Source: Candidatus Geocrenenecus dongiae
Lineage (GTDB): Archaea; Thermoproteota; Nitrososphaeria_A; Caldarchaeales; Wolframiiraptoraceae
Reading direction: 5' to 3'
Assembly: GCA_023267855.1 (NCBI GenBank)
Contig: JALNLN010000001.1
Span: 23,620 to 87,619, forward strand
Length of the DNA: 64,000 nucleotides
Shown: piece by piece, positions 1-9,690 of the stretch
How the letters are laid out: every line of letters begins with the position of its first letter
Position numbering within the stretch: the first letter of the stretch is position 1
Position numbers and translations under genes: made by a program
The notes under the pieces: model-generated
What the model was told of the DNA's origin: nothing
Seen by the model: only the letters and a program-made list of their open reading frames with translations
The model's database searches: none

Positions 1-1
1 A

Positions 2-1078
2 GTTCTAAAAAAACTAAATGGTAAGATAGTTTTAGATAGAGAAGCCATAAAGATAGTTAAAAAACTTGGAGGAAGCATCATGGACAGCAAGATAATTAAT
101 GGCGTAGTTATTAGTAGTGAGTTTGCTCACCCCTCTATGCCACGTATTCTGAAGAATGCTAGAATAGCTGTTCTTAACATGGCTTTAAAGATAGATGAAT
201 TTAGACATCTCCAGCCATATAAGTACTACATAGACATAAAAAAACCACATCATATTAATAGATTCTTAGAAGAGGAAAGAAATATTGTTAAGACAATGAT
301 TGACAAGATAATATCCGTGGGTGCAAATGTTGTTATCTGTAGAAAGAAGATAGGTAAAATCGCTAAACAGTTATTAGCGGAAGCAGGTATAATAGGGATA
401 AGCAGATTGCTTAATGAAGAAGAGTTCATGAGTGTTGCCAGGATCACTGGAGCTAATGTTGTTTCAGACATCGACGATCTTAGAGAAGAAGATCTCGGAA
501 GAGCTATGACAGTTAGAGAAGAGAAAATTGGAGAAGAAAGGGTAACGATTATCGAAGGCTGTAGTGGTCATAGTGGGATCACATTACTGCTGAGAGGAGG
601 CTCTGAAAAGGTACTAGATGAAGTTGAACATACGTTAAAAGATTCTATAAGATATGTTTCCTCACTACTAGAAGAACCTGCTTATCTTCCAGGTGGGGGA
701 GCCGTAGAAGAAGCTCTAGCCGTCACTATAAGACACGAGTCCTTAACATATAGAGGTAAAGAACAGGTTGCCATGCATGCTTTTGCAAACTCTCTTGAAA
801 CTATACCAATATTACTTGTACGAAATTCTGGTTGTAATGCTCTAGATATAATTTCAGAGTTGAGATCTTGGCACGTCAACGGGCAACACAAATATGGCTT
901 CGACGCATTCTCTGGAAAAGTAGTAGATGTGCTCGATTCAGGAATAATTGAATCTTACAAAATGAAAGAACAAGTTTTAAAGACTGCTTTCGAAGTAACT
1001 ACAATGTTGCTGAGAATTGATGAAGTAGTAGATAGGAGATATGCTAAGAGGCATGAAGGAGAACTCGGTGGGCAATAG
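2..1078 (+). CDS. Group II chaperonin (thermosome-family) subunit, 5'-truncated by window edge, divergent
   Basis: Frame is open from position 2 (VLKKLNGKIVLDREAIKIVKKLGGSIMDS). Chaperonin motifs HPSMP, ITLLLRGG, PGGGAVE, FANSLETIP, LLRIDEVV. Confidence 0.9.
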   Translation, partial: VLKKLNGKIVLDREAIKIVKKLGGSIMDSKIINGVVISSEFAHPSMPRILKNARIAVLNMALKIDEFRHLQPYKYYIDIKKPHHINRFLEEERNIVKTMIDKIISVGANVVICRKKIGKIAKQLLAEAGIIGISRLLNEEEFMSVARITGANVVSDIDDLREEDLGRAMTVREEKIGEERVTIIEGCSGHSGITLLLRGGSEKVLDEVEHTLKDSIRYVSSLLEEPAYLPGGGAVEEALAVTIRHESLTYRGKEQVAMHAFANSLETIPILLVRNSGCNALDIISELRSWHVNGQHKYGFDAFSGKVVDVLDSGIIESYKMKEQVLKTAFEVTTMLLRIDEVVDRRYAKRHEGELGGQ

Positions 1079-1153
1079 AAGGACTCTACGTATTTTTCAA
1101 AATAGTAAAAGATATAATTTCTGTGTTAAACTATAATTATTTAAGGTGATATC

Positions 1154-2701
1154 ATGTATTCTCAGTATTTTATAGGTGTTGATATAGGGACTGCGGGAAC
1201 GAAAGCATCTATATTTGATGTTGAAGGAAGACAGTTAGCTGTAGCTTACGAAGAGTCTAAGCTTTACTATCCTAGAGTTGGCTGGGTTGAGCAAAATCCA
1301 GAAGATTTCTATTTGTCTACTCTAAATACTGTTAGAGAAGTTGTTAAGAAATCTGGTATAGATCCTCGTGAAGTTGCTTCAATAGCTTTTAGCGGACAGA
1401 TGGCTGGGATACTAGCAATAGATAAAGACTGGAAGCCCGTCATGCCGTATGATTCATGGCTAGATATAAGATGCAAAGAATATATCGACTACCTGAAGAT
1501 GAACTATGAAGAATTTCTTATTGAGAAAACCGGTGCTCCTCCCACTGTTGATCATCTTCCAAAGATGATGTGGTGGAAGAATGAGAGACCAGAAGTTTTT
1601 GAAAGAGTATGTAAGTTCACTGTTCCAGCTGTTTATGTAGCCGGTAGGTTAGCTAAGTTAAAGGGTGAAGATGCATTCTATGATTATACGTACGTAACAT
1701 TTACAGGACTTTTCGACATACATAAGATGGATTGGTCTGAAGAACTTGCAGAAACATTTAAACTTCCATTAGATAAAATGCCAAGAATAGTTAAACCATG
1801 GGAGGTTATTGGAGAATTATCTTCAGAAGAAGCTGAGAAGATGGGTTTGGTGAAAGGCATACCAATAGTTGCTGGAGCTGGAGATGGAATGGCATGTACC
1901 TTCGGTGCAGGATTAACAAAAACAGGTTTATGCTTAGATATAGCTGGAACAGCTTCAGCTTTCTATGTTTCGATAGATAGGGTAGTTCCAGACACAAAAT
2001 ATAGGACTCTACTATACTTAAAGTCAGTTGTACCCGAACTTTGGTGTGTTGGTGCTTACATAAATGGTGGTGGATTATGTTTAAGATGGTTTAGAGATGA
2101 AATTGCAAAAGAAGAGAAGAATAGAGCAAGAGAACTAGGTAAAGATCCGTATGAGATTTTAGATGAAGAAGCTTCTAAGATCCCTCCTGGAAGTGAGGGT
2201 CTAATGTTTATACCGCATCTAGGAGGTAGAGCGTATCCATATAATCCAAGAATTAGAGGTATGTGGATTGGGTTCACATGGAGACATACGGTAGGACATT
2301 TCTTCAAATCTATACTTGAAGCAATAGCATTTGAGTATAATCACTATCTCAAGATACTGAGAGAATTATTGAGAGAGGTAACAATAGGTGAGGTGAGGGG
2401 AATCGGTGGTGGGAGTAAGAGTAAGATATGGAATCAAATTAAAGCAGATGTACTCGGTATACCGTACGTTCTACTAAACAGAGAAGAATATGCTGTAACG
2501 GCATTAGCTGTTATAGGTGGGTATGGTGTTAAGATTTTAAAAGATTACATAAAGACTATTAACGAGTGGGTTAGAGAATCTAAAAGAATACAGCCCAATC
2601 TAGAGATACATGAGAAATACAAGAGATATTCAGAATTTTACGAAAAATTAATTAGCAATATAGACCATCTCATGGAAGGACATGAAACCTTACTCCAGTG
2701 A
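1154..2701 (+). CDS. FGGY-family carbohydrate kinase (xylulokinase-like)
   Basis: GVDIGT N-terminal motif, SGQM, GAGDG, GGGSKS; 515 aa; GGTGA SD-like sequence before ATG. Confidence 0.9.
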   Translation: MYSQYFIGVDIGTAGTKASIFDVEGRQLAVAYEESKLYYPRVGWVEQNPEDFYLSTLNTVREVVKKSGIDPREVASIAFSGQMAGILAIDKDWKPVMPYDSWLDIRCKEYIDYLKMNYEEFLIEKTGAPPTVDHLPKMMWWKNERPEVFERVCKFTVPAVYVAGRLAKLKGEDAFYDYTYVTFTGLFDIHKMDWSEELAETFKLPLDKMPRIVKPWEVIGELSSEEAEKMGLVKGIPIVAGAGDGMACTFGAGLTKTGLCLDIAGTASAFYVSIDRVVPDTKYRTLLYLKSVVPELWCVGAYINGGGLCLRWFRDEIAKEEKNRARELGKDPYEILDEEASKIPPGSEGLMFIPHLGGRAYPYNPRIRGMWIGFTWRHTVGHFFKSILEAIAFEYNHYLKILRELLREVTIGEVRGIGGGSKSKIWNQIKADVLGIPYVLLNREEYAVTALAVIGGYGVKILKDYIKTINEWVRESKRIQPNLEIHEKYKRYSEFYEKLISNIDHLMEGHETLLQ

Positions 2702-2784
2702 TGAAAATCGTTAAAAGCCTGAAATTCATAGTTACAAGTTAATTCGTAATCCTAATATAGAGTACGGTACTTCAAAAGTTTGAA

Positions 2785-4638
2785 ATGGATTCGCAGAAGA
2801 AGTTGTACGGATATAATGGTAAGATAGCCCGCATCAACCTCTCAAAGAAAAAGATCTCTATTGAAGAAATTCCAAAGGAATGGTTAAAGAAATATCTTGG
2901 GGGAAGAGGGTTGGCTGCAAGATATTACTATGAAGAACTAGACCCCTCAGTGCAACCATTTTCACCAGAGAATGAGTTAATTATCATGACGGGGCCATTA
3001 ACGGGTACAGGTGTTTGGGGTTCTTCTAAAGCCCACATCGTTACTAAATCACCATTAACAAACATTTACACTGTATCTAACGCTGGTGGAGATTTTGGAG
3101 CAAATATTAAAAGAGCTGGTTACGATGGGTTGATAATAGAAGGCAGAGCAGATAAACCAAGCTATATATCGATAATCGATGGTGAAATAGAAATAAAGAA
3201 TGCTGAGAAATTCTGGGGATTAAAGACTAGTGAAGCTCAGAAAGCACTCTTAGAAGAAATTGGTGAAAAGAAGGCTACAGTTGCATGCATAGGTCCTGCT
3301 GGAGAAAAACTCTCGAGGATAGCAAGTGTCCAAGTAGATTTCCCCGGAGTGAAGAGAGGTGGAAGTTTCGGAAGAGGTGGTGTTGGAGCAGTTATGGGGT
3401 CAAAGAATCTTAAAGGTATTCTTGTCTATGGATCTAAAGAAGTTGAGATAGCTGAACCAGATAAGCTCATAGAATACCTAAGAGCTAACATTAGTCTACT
3501 CAAAGAAACAACCGGATTTCATACAAAGTATGGAACCGCACAGTATATAGATCCACTTTACGAGCTAGGCGCCTATCCATTAATGAATTTTACTAGGACA
3601 CGTGTAGAGGGGGATGAGATCTCTAAACTTTCATCAAAAGTTTTTAGGGAAGAATTTGTTGCAAAAGATGTAGCATGTTTTAGATGTCCTGTCGCATGCG
3701 GTAAGTATGCAAGACCCCGTAAAGATGTCTACACAAATTTTGTAAGTAAGCCTGAATACGAGACGATCTGGTCCTTCGGCCCACACTGTGGTGTCTTTGA
3801 TTATGATATAATAATTGCAGCAAACCATCTAGCAGATGATGAAGGCTTAGACGGTATATCAGCAGGCTATGTAATCGGATTCAGTATGGAACTTTATGAA
3901 AGAGGTATTATTGATAAAGATGATGTAGGTGGATTAGATCTAAAGTTCGGTAATGGTGAAGCAGTGGTAGAGTTAACAGAGATGATTGGGGAAAGAAGAA
4001 ACTTTGGAAACATCTTAGCTGAAGGAGCTGCTAGAGCCGCTAAAGCTATTGGTAAAGGAGCTGAATACTATGCAATGCATGTAAAAGGTATGGAGCTTAC
4101 AGCATATGAGCCTAGAGCATTTTATGGTATGGGTTTAGCGTTTGCGACATCTTCTCGTGGAGCTTGCCATAATGTTGGTGGATGGACTATTAGAGATGAA
4201 CTACTAAAACCTAAAATAGATAGATATGCAGTGAAGGGGAAAGGCGTACTGGTAAAAACCATACAAGACGTTAGAGGTTATGTTGATTCCATAGGTCTTT
4301 GCACCATACCGAGAAGATCTTTAAACTTTACAGATACTCCGAAGCCCGATGTATTAAAGTATGTAACAGGAATAGAATTAGATGAAGACTTGGTAACAAT
4401 AGGTGAGAGAGTATACTGTCTTGAACGATTAATCTTAAATAGAGAAGGAGTAACACGTAAAGATGATCAGCTTCCACAGAGACTTATGAAAGAACCTATT
4501 CCAGACGGTCCAGCTAAAGGTCACGTTCTTTCACCGGAAATATTCAACAGCATGTTAGACGAATACTATGATGCTAGAAGATGGACTAGAGACGGTATAG
4601 TGACTCAAGATATAAAACTTACCTTAAACATACCTTAA
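2785..4638 (+). CDS. aor: Aldehyde:ferredoxin oxidoreductase family protein (W/Mo-pterin)
   Basis: KSPLT, GRGGVGAVMGSKNLK, CxxCxxxC (CFRCPVAC), EYET, DDEGLD and SRGACH motifs. Confidence 0.9.
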   Translation: MDSQKKLYGYNGKIARINLSKKKISIEEIPKEWLKKYLGGRGLAARYYYEELDPSVQPFSPENELIIMTGPLTGTGVWGSSKAHIVTKSPLTNIYTVSNAGGDFGANIKRAGYDGLIIEGRADKPSYISIIDGEIEIKNAEKFWGLKTSEAQKALLEEIGEKKATVACIGPAGEKLSRIASVQVDFPGVKRGGSFGRGGVGAVMGSKNLKGILVYGSKEVEIAEPDKLIEYLRANISLLKETTGFHTKYGTAQYIDPLYELGAYPLMNFTRTRVEGDEISKLSSKVFREEFVAKDVACFRCPVACGKYARPRKDVYTNFVSKPEYETIWSFGPHCGVFDYDIIIAANHLADDEGLDGISAGYVIGFSMELYERGIIDKDDVGGLDLKFGNGEAVVELTEMIGERRNFGNILAEGAARAAKAIGKGAEYYAMHVKGMELTAYEPRAFYGMGLAFATSSRGACHNVGGWTIRDELLKPKIDRYAVKGKGVLVKTIQDVRGYVDSIGLCTIPRRSLNFTDTPKPDVLKYVTGIELDEDLVTIGERVYCLERLILNREGVTRKDDQLPQRLMKEPIPDGPAKGHVLSPEIFNSMLDEYYDARRWTRDGIVTQDIKLTLNIP

Positions 4639-4653
4639 GAGGTGGATTAAAGT

Positions 4654-5241
4654 ATGTCAGAAACGATAGAACCAAGAAAAATAGTAATAGATCTAAAGAA
4701 GCTTATTGTAGAACCATATACACGGAAGAAAGAAGTTAAGTTAAGTGAGTTAAAAGATTATTGTGCGTATCCTGAAGATGCTGAGAAGATATTGGCTAAG
4801 GGCGAAGACCCGGTCATCTACGAATACTATGAATATACACCTACAGAAAAACCAGGCAACATCAATTTTGGATTAACGATAATATATCCGGGAAAGATTG
4901 GAAAAGAATACTACATGACTAAAGGTCATTTCCATGAGAAAGATGCAGCCGAGTTCTATTTCTGTCTCAAAGGTAAAGGTTTATTGTTGATGCAGAATAA
5001 GTTGGGAGAAGTAGCTACAATAGAACTTGAACCTGGTTCTCTAGGATATGTTCCACCAGGTTGGGGTCATAGAACAATAAATACAGGAAGAGGTAAGTTT
5101 GTATTCTTCTTTGCTTATCCATCAGATGCTGGACATGATTACATGCTCGTAAAAGAGAAAGGATTTGCAAAAATTGTTATTGAAGAAGCAAAAACCGTAA
5201 AAATAATAGATAATCCAAGATATCAAAAGCTTTCTCAATAA
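4654..5241 (+). CDS. pgiA: Cupin-type glucose-6-phosphate isomerase family protein
   Basis: PGKIGKEYYMTKGHFH, E, GHRTINTG and DAGHDY motifs of the archaeal cupin PGI. Confidence 0.85.
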   Translation: MSETIEPRKIVIDLKKLIVEPYTRKKEVKLSELKDYCAYPEDAEKILAKGEDPVIYEYYEYTPTEKPGNINFGLTIIYPGKIGKEYYMTKGHFHEKDAAEFYFCLKGKGLLLMQNKLGEVATIELEPGSLGYVPPGWGHRTINTGRGKFVFFFAYPSDAGHDYMLVKEKGFAKIVIEEAKTVKIIDNPRYQKLSQ

Positions 5242-5294
5242 AAACCACTATTCTTAATTTAACTACTTTTTTCATTTTACCGTTTTATAAGTTT

Positions 5295-6326
5295 TCATGG
5301 AGTAATCACTATTTTTAATCCTTCAGCTTTCAAAGTTTTTGTAAATGCTTCTATCCCATTCTCTAAACTATATCTATGTGTTAAAAGTGGTTTAACATTA
5401 ATTAGCCCAGAGGCCACTAGTTCTAAAGTCTTCTTAAATTCAAGTGGTGTCTGCATAGAAGTTCCAAGTACAGTTATTTGCTTATAGTGAATAAAATTTG
5501 TGTTTATTGGGACTTCTTCTAATCCAGCTGGAAGTCCTGCAAAGAAGTTTACTCTACCTCCTCTACCTACAATCTTTAAAGCATCTTTTTGTGCATGCGG
5601 AGAACCCACAGCCACCACTACGACATCACTACCACGTCCATTCGTTAAATTTAATATAAACTTCTCAATATCTTCTTCCAGCGGATTAACTATATATTCT
5701 ACACCTAACCTTTTAGCTATCTCTATTCTTTTTCCATCAACTTCACTCATGATGATCTTTGATGCTCCAAACGATTTCGCAAGCATAAAATGCATTAATC
5801 CTATAGGACCAGCACCTATTATCGTTACTACATCGCCTGGACGAATATTCAATTTTAACTGTCCTCGAAAACATGCGGCTAGAGGTTCAATTAAAGATGC
5901 TTCTTCATAACTTAAATGATCTGGAATTTCAAGTACCCCACCTAGATGAAAAGCTTGAGCCGGTATCTTAACGTATTCTGCAAAAGATCCATCAACATCA
6001 ATTCCTATGGCATATCTATTTGGACAGAGAACATGTTCTCCGGAGAGACAGTACTCACACCTACCGCAAAATATGTTAGGATTTACAACAACCCTTCTAC
6101 CAATATAATTCTTAAATTCTTCACTTGCTTCTACAACGTCTCCAGAAAATTCGTGACCTAATGTTATGGGAATCTTGGTTCTAGCACCAGTTACGTAAGC
6201 TTTAACATCTGTTGCACAGATAGACGTAGCCCTAACTTTCACTATCGCTCCAGATTCATCCAGCTTCGGCTCTGGGACATCTTCTAATCTCAAAGATTCT
6301 TTACCATGTAATCTTAAAGCCATCAT
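5295..6326 (-). CDS. Zn-dependent polyol/sugar dehydrogenase (MDR, L-iditol 2-dehydrogenase-like)
   Basis: ICATD, GHEFSG, CGRCEYC...C, EPLA, GAGPIG. Confidence 0.88.
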   Translation of the reverse strand: MMALRLHGKESLRLEDVPEPKLDESGAIVKVRATSICATDVKAYVTGARTKIPITLGHEFSGDVVEASEEFKNYIGRRVVVNPNIFCGRCEYCLSGEHVLCPNRYAIGIDVDGSFAEYVKIPAQAFHLGGVLEIPDHLSYEEASLIEPLAACFRGQLKLNIRPGDVVTIIGAGPIGLMHFMLAKSFGASKIIMSEVDGKRIEIAKRLGVEYIVNPLEEDIEKFILNLTNGRGSDVVVVAVGSPHAQKDALKIVGRGGRVNFFAGLPAGLEEVPINTNFIHYKQITVLGTSMQTPLEFKKTLELVASGLINVKPLLTHRYSLENGIEAFTKTLKAEGLKIVITP

Positions 6327-6384
6327 ATTTTCTGATTAAACATAATTCAAGATTAAGTTATTAAATATTTATTATCGTAAGAAG

Positions 6385-7410
6385 TTACTTTAATGGAAGT
6401 GTAACAGGTTTATTAGTTCTTATTGATTCTATGGCAGCTAATACCATTTCTAAAGCTTTCCTTCCATCTTCTCCAGTTACTTCCGGTTCTTTATCTTCAA
6501 TTATTGCTTTTAAGAAGCTTTCAGCTTCATTAATGTATCCTTCACGGAATCTATCTCTCCAACTTGGGAATGTTTCTGTAATTGCTTTCTTATCACTTTT
6601 ACATACTAGGAGGCTGCCTCCTCTTATATCTCCAACTGTTATAAGACCTTCTGTTCCAAGTACTTCTATTCTTGCATCATAACCATAACCTACTGGGCAT
6701 CCTCCATCTACTACACCTATTCCATTATTCTCAAATCTGATTACACTAACGTATACGTCATGATATGTAGGATACTCTTTCTTGAAATCGGGGTTTATCA
6801 ATGCATCTGCTTCAGCATACACCATTTTAGCTTCACTACCCATAAACCATCTAATAGTATCAAAATCATGACTACTTACTTCTGCTATCATACCTATGCC
6901 AGTCTTAGGATCTAAAGCCCATTTAGGTGGTAAGCCAGGCCCTCTCGTAAGACTCTTCACCAACACAATTCTTCCCACAAGCCCTTCCATTATCAATGTT
7001 TTAACTTTCCTTATTTCTGGATCAAATCTTCTCATAAAACCAATCTGCAACTTTACGTTATTCTTCTTGGTTACTGAGATCATTTTATCTGCTTCCTCTA
7101 AACTTAAAGCCATAGGTTTTTCACAAAAAACATGCGCGCCTGCTTCTGCTGCTTCTATAGTTAATGGACAATGGGTAAATGTTGGAGTAGTTATGAATAC
7201 AGCTTCTATTTCTTCATTCTTTAAAGCTTCACTTAAAGTCTGATAACAGTGAACTCCTCCAATCTTTTCTGAAAGCTGTTTAGCGAGACCTAAATCCATA
7301 TCTACTATCGCTACAAGCTCAGCTATAGGAATCCTTCTAGAAAGATTTAATACGTGAACTTCTCCTGCACGTCCAGCTCCAACAACACAAACTTTAACAC
7401 GTCTAACCAT
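6385..7410 (-). CDS. Gfo/Idh/MocA oxidoreductase (inositol 2-dehydrogenase-like)
   Basis: GAGRAG Rossmann motif, CEKP, GFMRRFDP, HDFD, YGYDARIEV. Confidence 0.88.
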   Translation of the reverse strand: MVRRVKVCVVGAGRAGEVHVLNLSRRIPIAELVAIVDMDLGLAKQLSEKIGGVHCYQTLSEALKNEEIEAVFITTPTFTHCPLTIEAAEAGAHVFCEKPMALSLEEADKMISVTKKNNVKLQIGFMRRFDPEIRKVKTLIMEGLVGRIVLVKSLTRGPGLPPKWALDPKTGIGMIAEVSSHDFDTIRWFMGSEAKMVYAEADALINPDFKKEYPTYHDVYVSVIRFENNGIGVVDGGCPVGYGYDARIEVLGTEGLITVGDIRGGSLLVCKSDKKAITETFPSWRDRFREGYINEAESFLKAIIEDKEPEVTGEDGRKALEMVLAAIESIRTNKPVTLPLK

Positions 7411-7535
7411 GACTATTCTCTCTTATTATACACAATCCTCTATAAAAGATTCTCGAAATAAAATATAATCCAAGAAACCCTCTCTAAGAGATAAATTGGA
7501 GAAAATAAAAAATGTTAATTTATTTGTAGATTATG

Positions 7536-7609
7536 CGGGCCCGGGGGGATTTGAACCCCCGACCAATGGGTTAAGAGCCCACCGCTCTACCTGACTGAGC
7601 TACGGGCCC
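7536..7609 (-). tRNA. tRNA-Lys(CTT)
   Basis: Reverse complement GGGCCCGTAGCTCAGTCAGGTAGAGCGGTGGGCT-CTT-AACCCATTGGTCGGGGGTTCAAATCCCCCCGGGCCCG folds as a cloverleaf; no CCA. Confidence 0.95.
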
Positions 7610-7740
7610 CACTCTTAAGAAAAATACCTTTAATATTAAACCTATCCATCTCTAGATTAAGTCTTCCTACTAATAATCTTAGTGATGTAAAGGGCTCCTC
7701 ATAAAAATACGAAATTATGATAATTCTTAAATAATGGAAA

Positions 7741-8757
7741 ATGAAAAAATTAATGATGTCGAAGTATAGGATTCTAATAACGTCGAGATCTTATGGAAGA
7801 TATTTTCCTAACCATTTAGAGGCTTTGAAGAAGGTTGGAGAACCCGTATATGCTGAGAAGGTTCCCATGAAGGAGGATCAACTTCTCAATGTTATTGGAG
7901 AGTATGATGCTTTCATCGCTGGAGTTGATGAGATAACTTCTAAAGTGATTGAAAAAGCGAGGAATCTAAAGATAATTGCTAGGCATGGTGTTGGCGTTGA
8001 TAATGTGGATATTAGAGCTGCTACTGAAAATGGAGTAATTGTTACATATACTCCAGGCGCTAATACGAATGCTGTAGCAGAACATACCTTAGCGTTAATG
8101 ATGTCTATCATAAGAGATATACCGAATGCTCATACACGTGTTAGAGAAGGTAAATGGGGCGGTGGAAGAATGGGAATAGAACTTTATGGAAAAACCTTGG
8201 GGATAATTGGTTTAGGAAAAATCGGTCAAAGAGTAGCAACAATTTGTAAATGTTTAGGTATGGAGGTTATATCTTATAGTCCAAAAGCTAGACCAGAAGA
8301 TGCTGCGAGAATAGGTGTTAAGATGGTATCACTAGAAGAACTTCTAACTAACTCTGACGTAGTAGTTATTACGACATCTTACAGTCCTGAAAAGTATCAT
8401 ATGATAAATGAGGAAAGATTGAGAATGATGAAGAAAACAGCGTACTTAGTAAACACTGCTAGAGGAGAGCTTATTGATGAGAAAGCTTTAGCAAAAGCCT
8501 TAAAGGAAGGTTGGATTGCTGGTGCAGCATTAGATGTTATGGAGAAGGAGCCGCCGTCACCTGATAACGAGTTATTACAACTCGATAACATTATTATTAC
8601 GCATCACATAGCAGCACATACGTTAGAAGCTGTGAAGAACATGGGTGACATGGTTACGGAAGATATATTACTAGCTTTACAAGGAAAATCGCCAAAGAAT
8701 ATAGTCAATCCAGAAGTCCTAGAAAAACCTAATCTAAGAATAAAATCACTGAGCTAG
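7741..8757 (+). CDS. D-isomer-specific 2-hydroxyacid dehydrogenase (phosphoglycerate dehydrogenase-like)
   Basis: [29 protein letters not shown]; no ACT domain. Start may be M5/M6. Confidence 0.88.
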   Translation: MKKLMMSKYRILITSRSYGRYFPNHLEALKKVGEPVYAEKVPMKEDQLLNVIGEYDAFIAGVDEITSKVIEKARNLKIIARHGVGVDNVDIRAATENGVIVTYTPGANTNAVAEHTLALMMSIIRDIPNAHTRVREGKWGGGRMGIELYGKTLGIIGLGKIGQRVATICKCLGMEVISYSPKARPEDAARIGVKMVSLEELLTNSDVVVITTSYSPEKYHMINEERLRMMKKTAYLVNTARGELIDEKALAKALKEGWIAGAALDVMEKEPPSPDNELLQLDNIIITHHIAAHTLEAVKNMGDMVTEDILLALQGKSPKNIVNPEVLEKPNLRIKSLS

Positions 8758-8869
8758 ATAGATTCAACCTAATCTTATTTCTTTCTTCTGAAATAATGTT
8801 TATTGGAACTCTTTTCATGAATAATCTCTTAAATATAGATATAGATAATGGATAATGATAATTGTTGTT

Positions 8870-9532
8870 CTATTCTTTGGGATTTCGTTTAGGATGTGGT
8901 AGCATTGTTTTTAAAACTCCTTTCATACCACTTGTTTTATAGATGCTGAATAGTTTCTCCCAATCCACCTTAAATAATAATACGCTTATCCCAATCATTA
9001 GAATAACTGAAGATATTATTGTGTAAATGTTTATTTCTGCTCCAAGGTAGTCTCTCAGTATGTAGAAGTATGTTTTACCTAGAACTGCGACTAGTATAGA
9101 AAGTAAGATTTTTCCTAAAGCGTTTGCAAACATAAATTTTATGAAATTCATTTTGGCGAAACCTAGAGGTACGTATATTACATCGTCAGGAAGAGGAGTT
9201 AAGGCGAATAGGAATACTGCTATGGTACCATATTTATTTACATATCTTGCGATTAGAGTGAGGCTACCATCTTTCTTTTTCAAGATCTTTCTTCCAGCAA
9301 GACCTAGAAGGTAGGAGGTTATTTTCCCAATTGCTGCACCTAAACCAGAAAAGATTCCTAGAAGTATTGGGTTGAATCTATCCGCTAATAATACGATCGG
9401 TATTAGGTAGGGGAGAGGGAGGAAAGGGATCAAACTTCCAGCGAGAGATATTATGAATGCTCCTAGATAGGCATGTTTTAAGACAATTGCTATAAACTCT
9501 GATAACCATTGAAGATCCATCTTTTCTGGCAT
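8870..9532 (-). CDS. VTT/DedA (SNARE-associated) family membrane protein
   Basis: Hydrophobic; FALTPLPDD and GAAIGKITSYLLG motifs. Confidence 0.8.
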   Translation of the reverse strand: MPEKMDLQWLSEFIAIVLKHAYLGAFIISLAGSLIPFLPLPYLIPIVLLADRFNPILLGIFSGLGAAIGKITSYLLGLAGRKILKKKDGSLTLIARYVNKYGTIAVFLFALTPLPDDVIYVPLGFAKMNFIKFMFANALGKILLSILVAVLGKTYFYILRDYLGAEINIYTIISSVILMIGISVLLFKVDWEKLFSIYKTSGMKGVLKTMLPHPKRNPKE

Positions 9533-9690
9533 CTATACTGAAGCTCTATAATTAAAGGATGACGTTAATCATTAGAGCCCTCATGGCCAACCATACTCTT
9601 AAAATCCTAGTCGATCTCTACAAGATTGTTAGATATCTCAAATAGTTATATTCATCTTTGAGTAGTTATCTGCTGATAGGTTAGGGTGGA

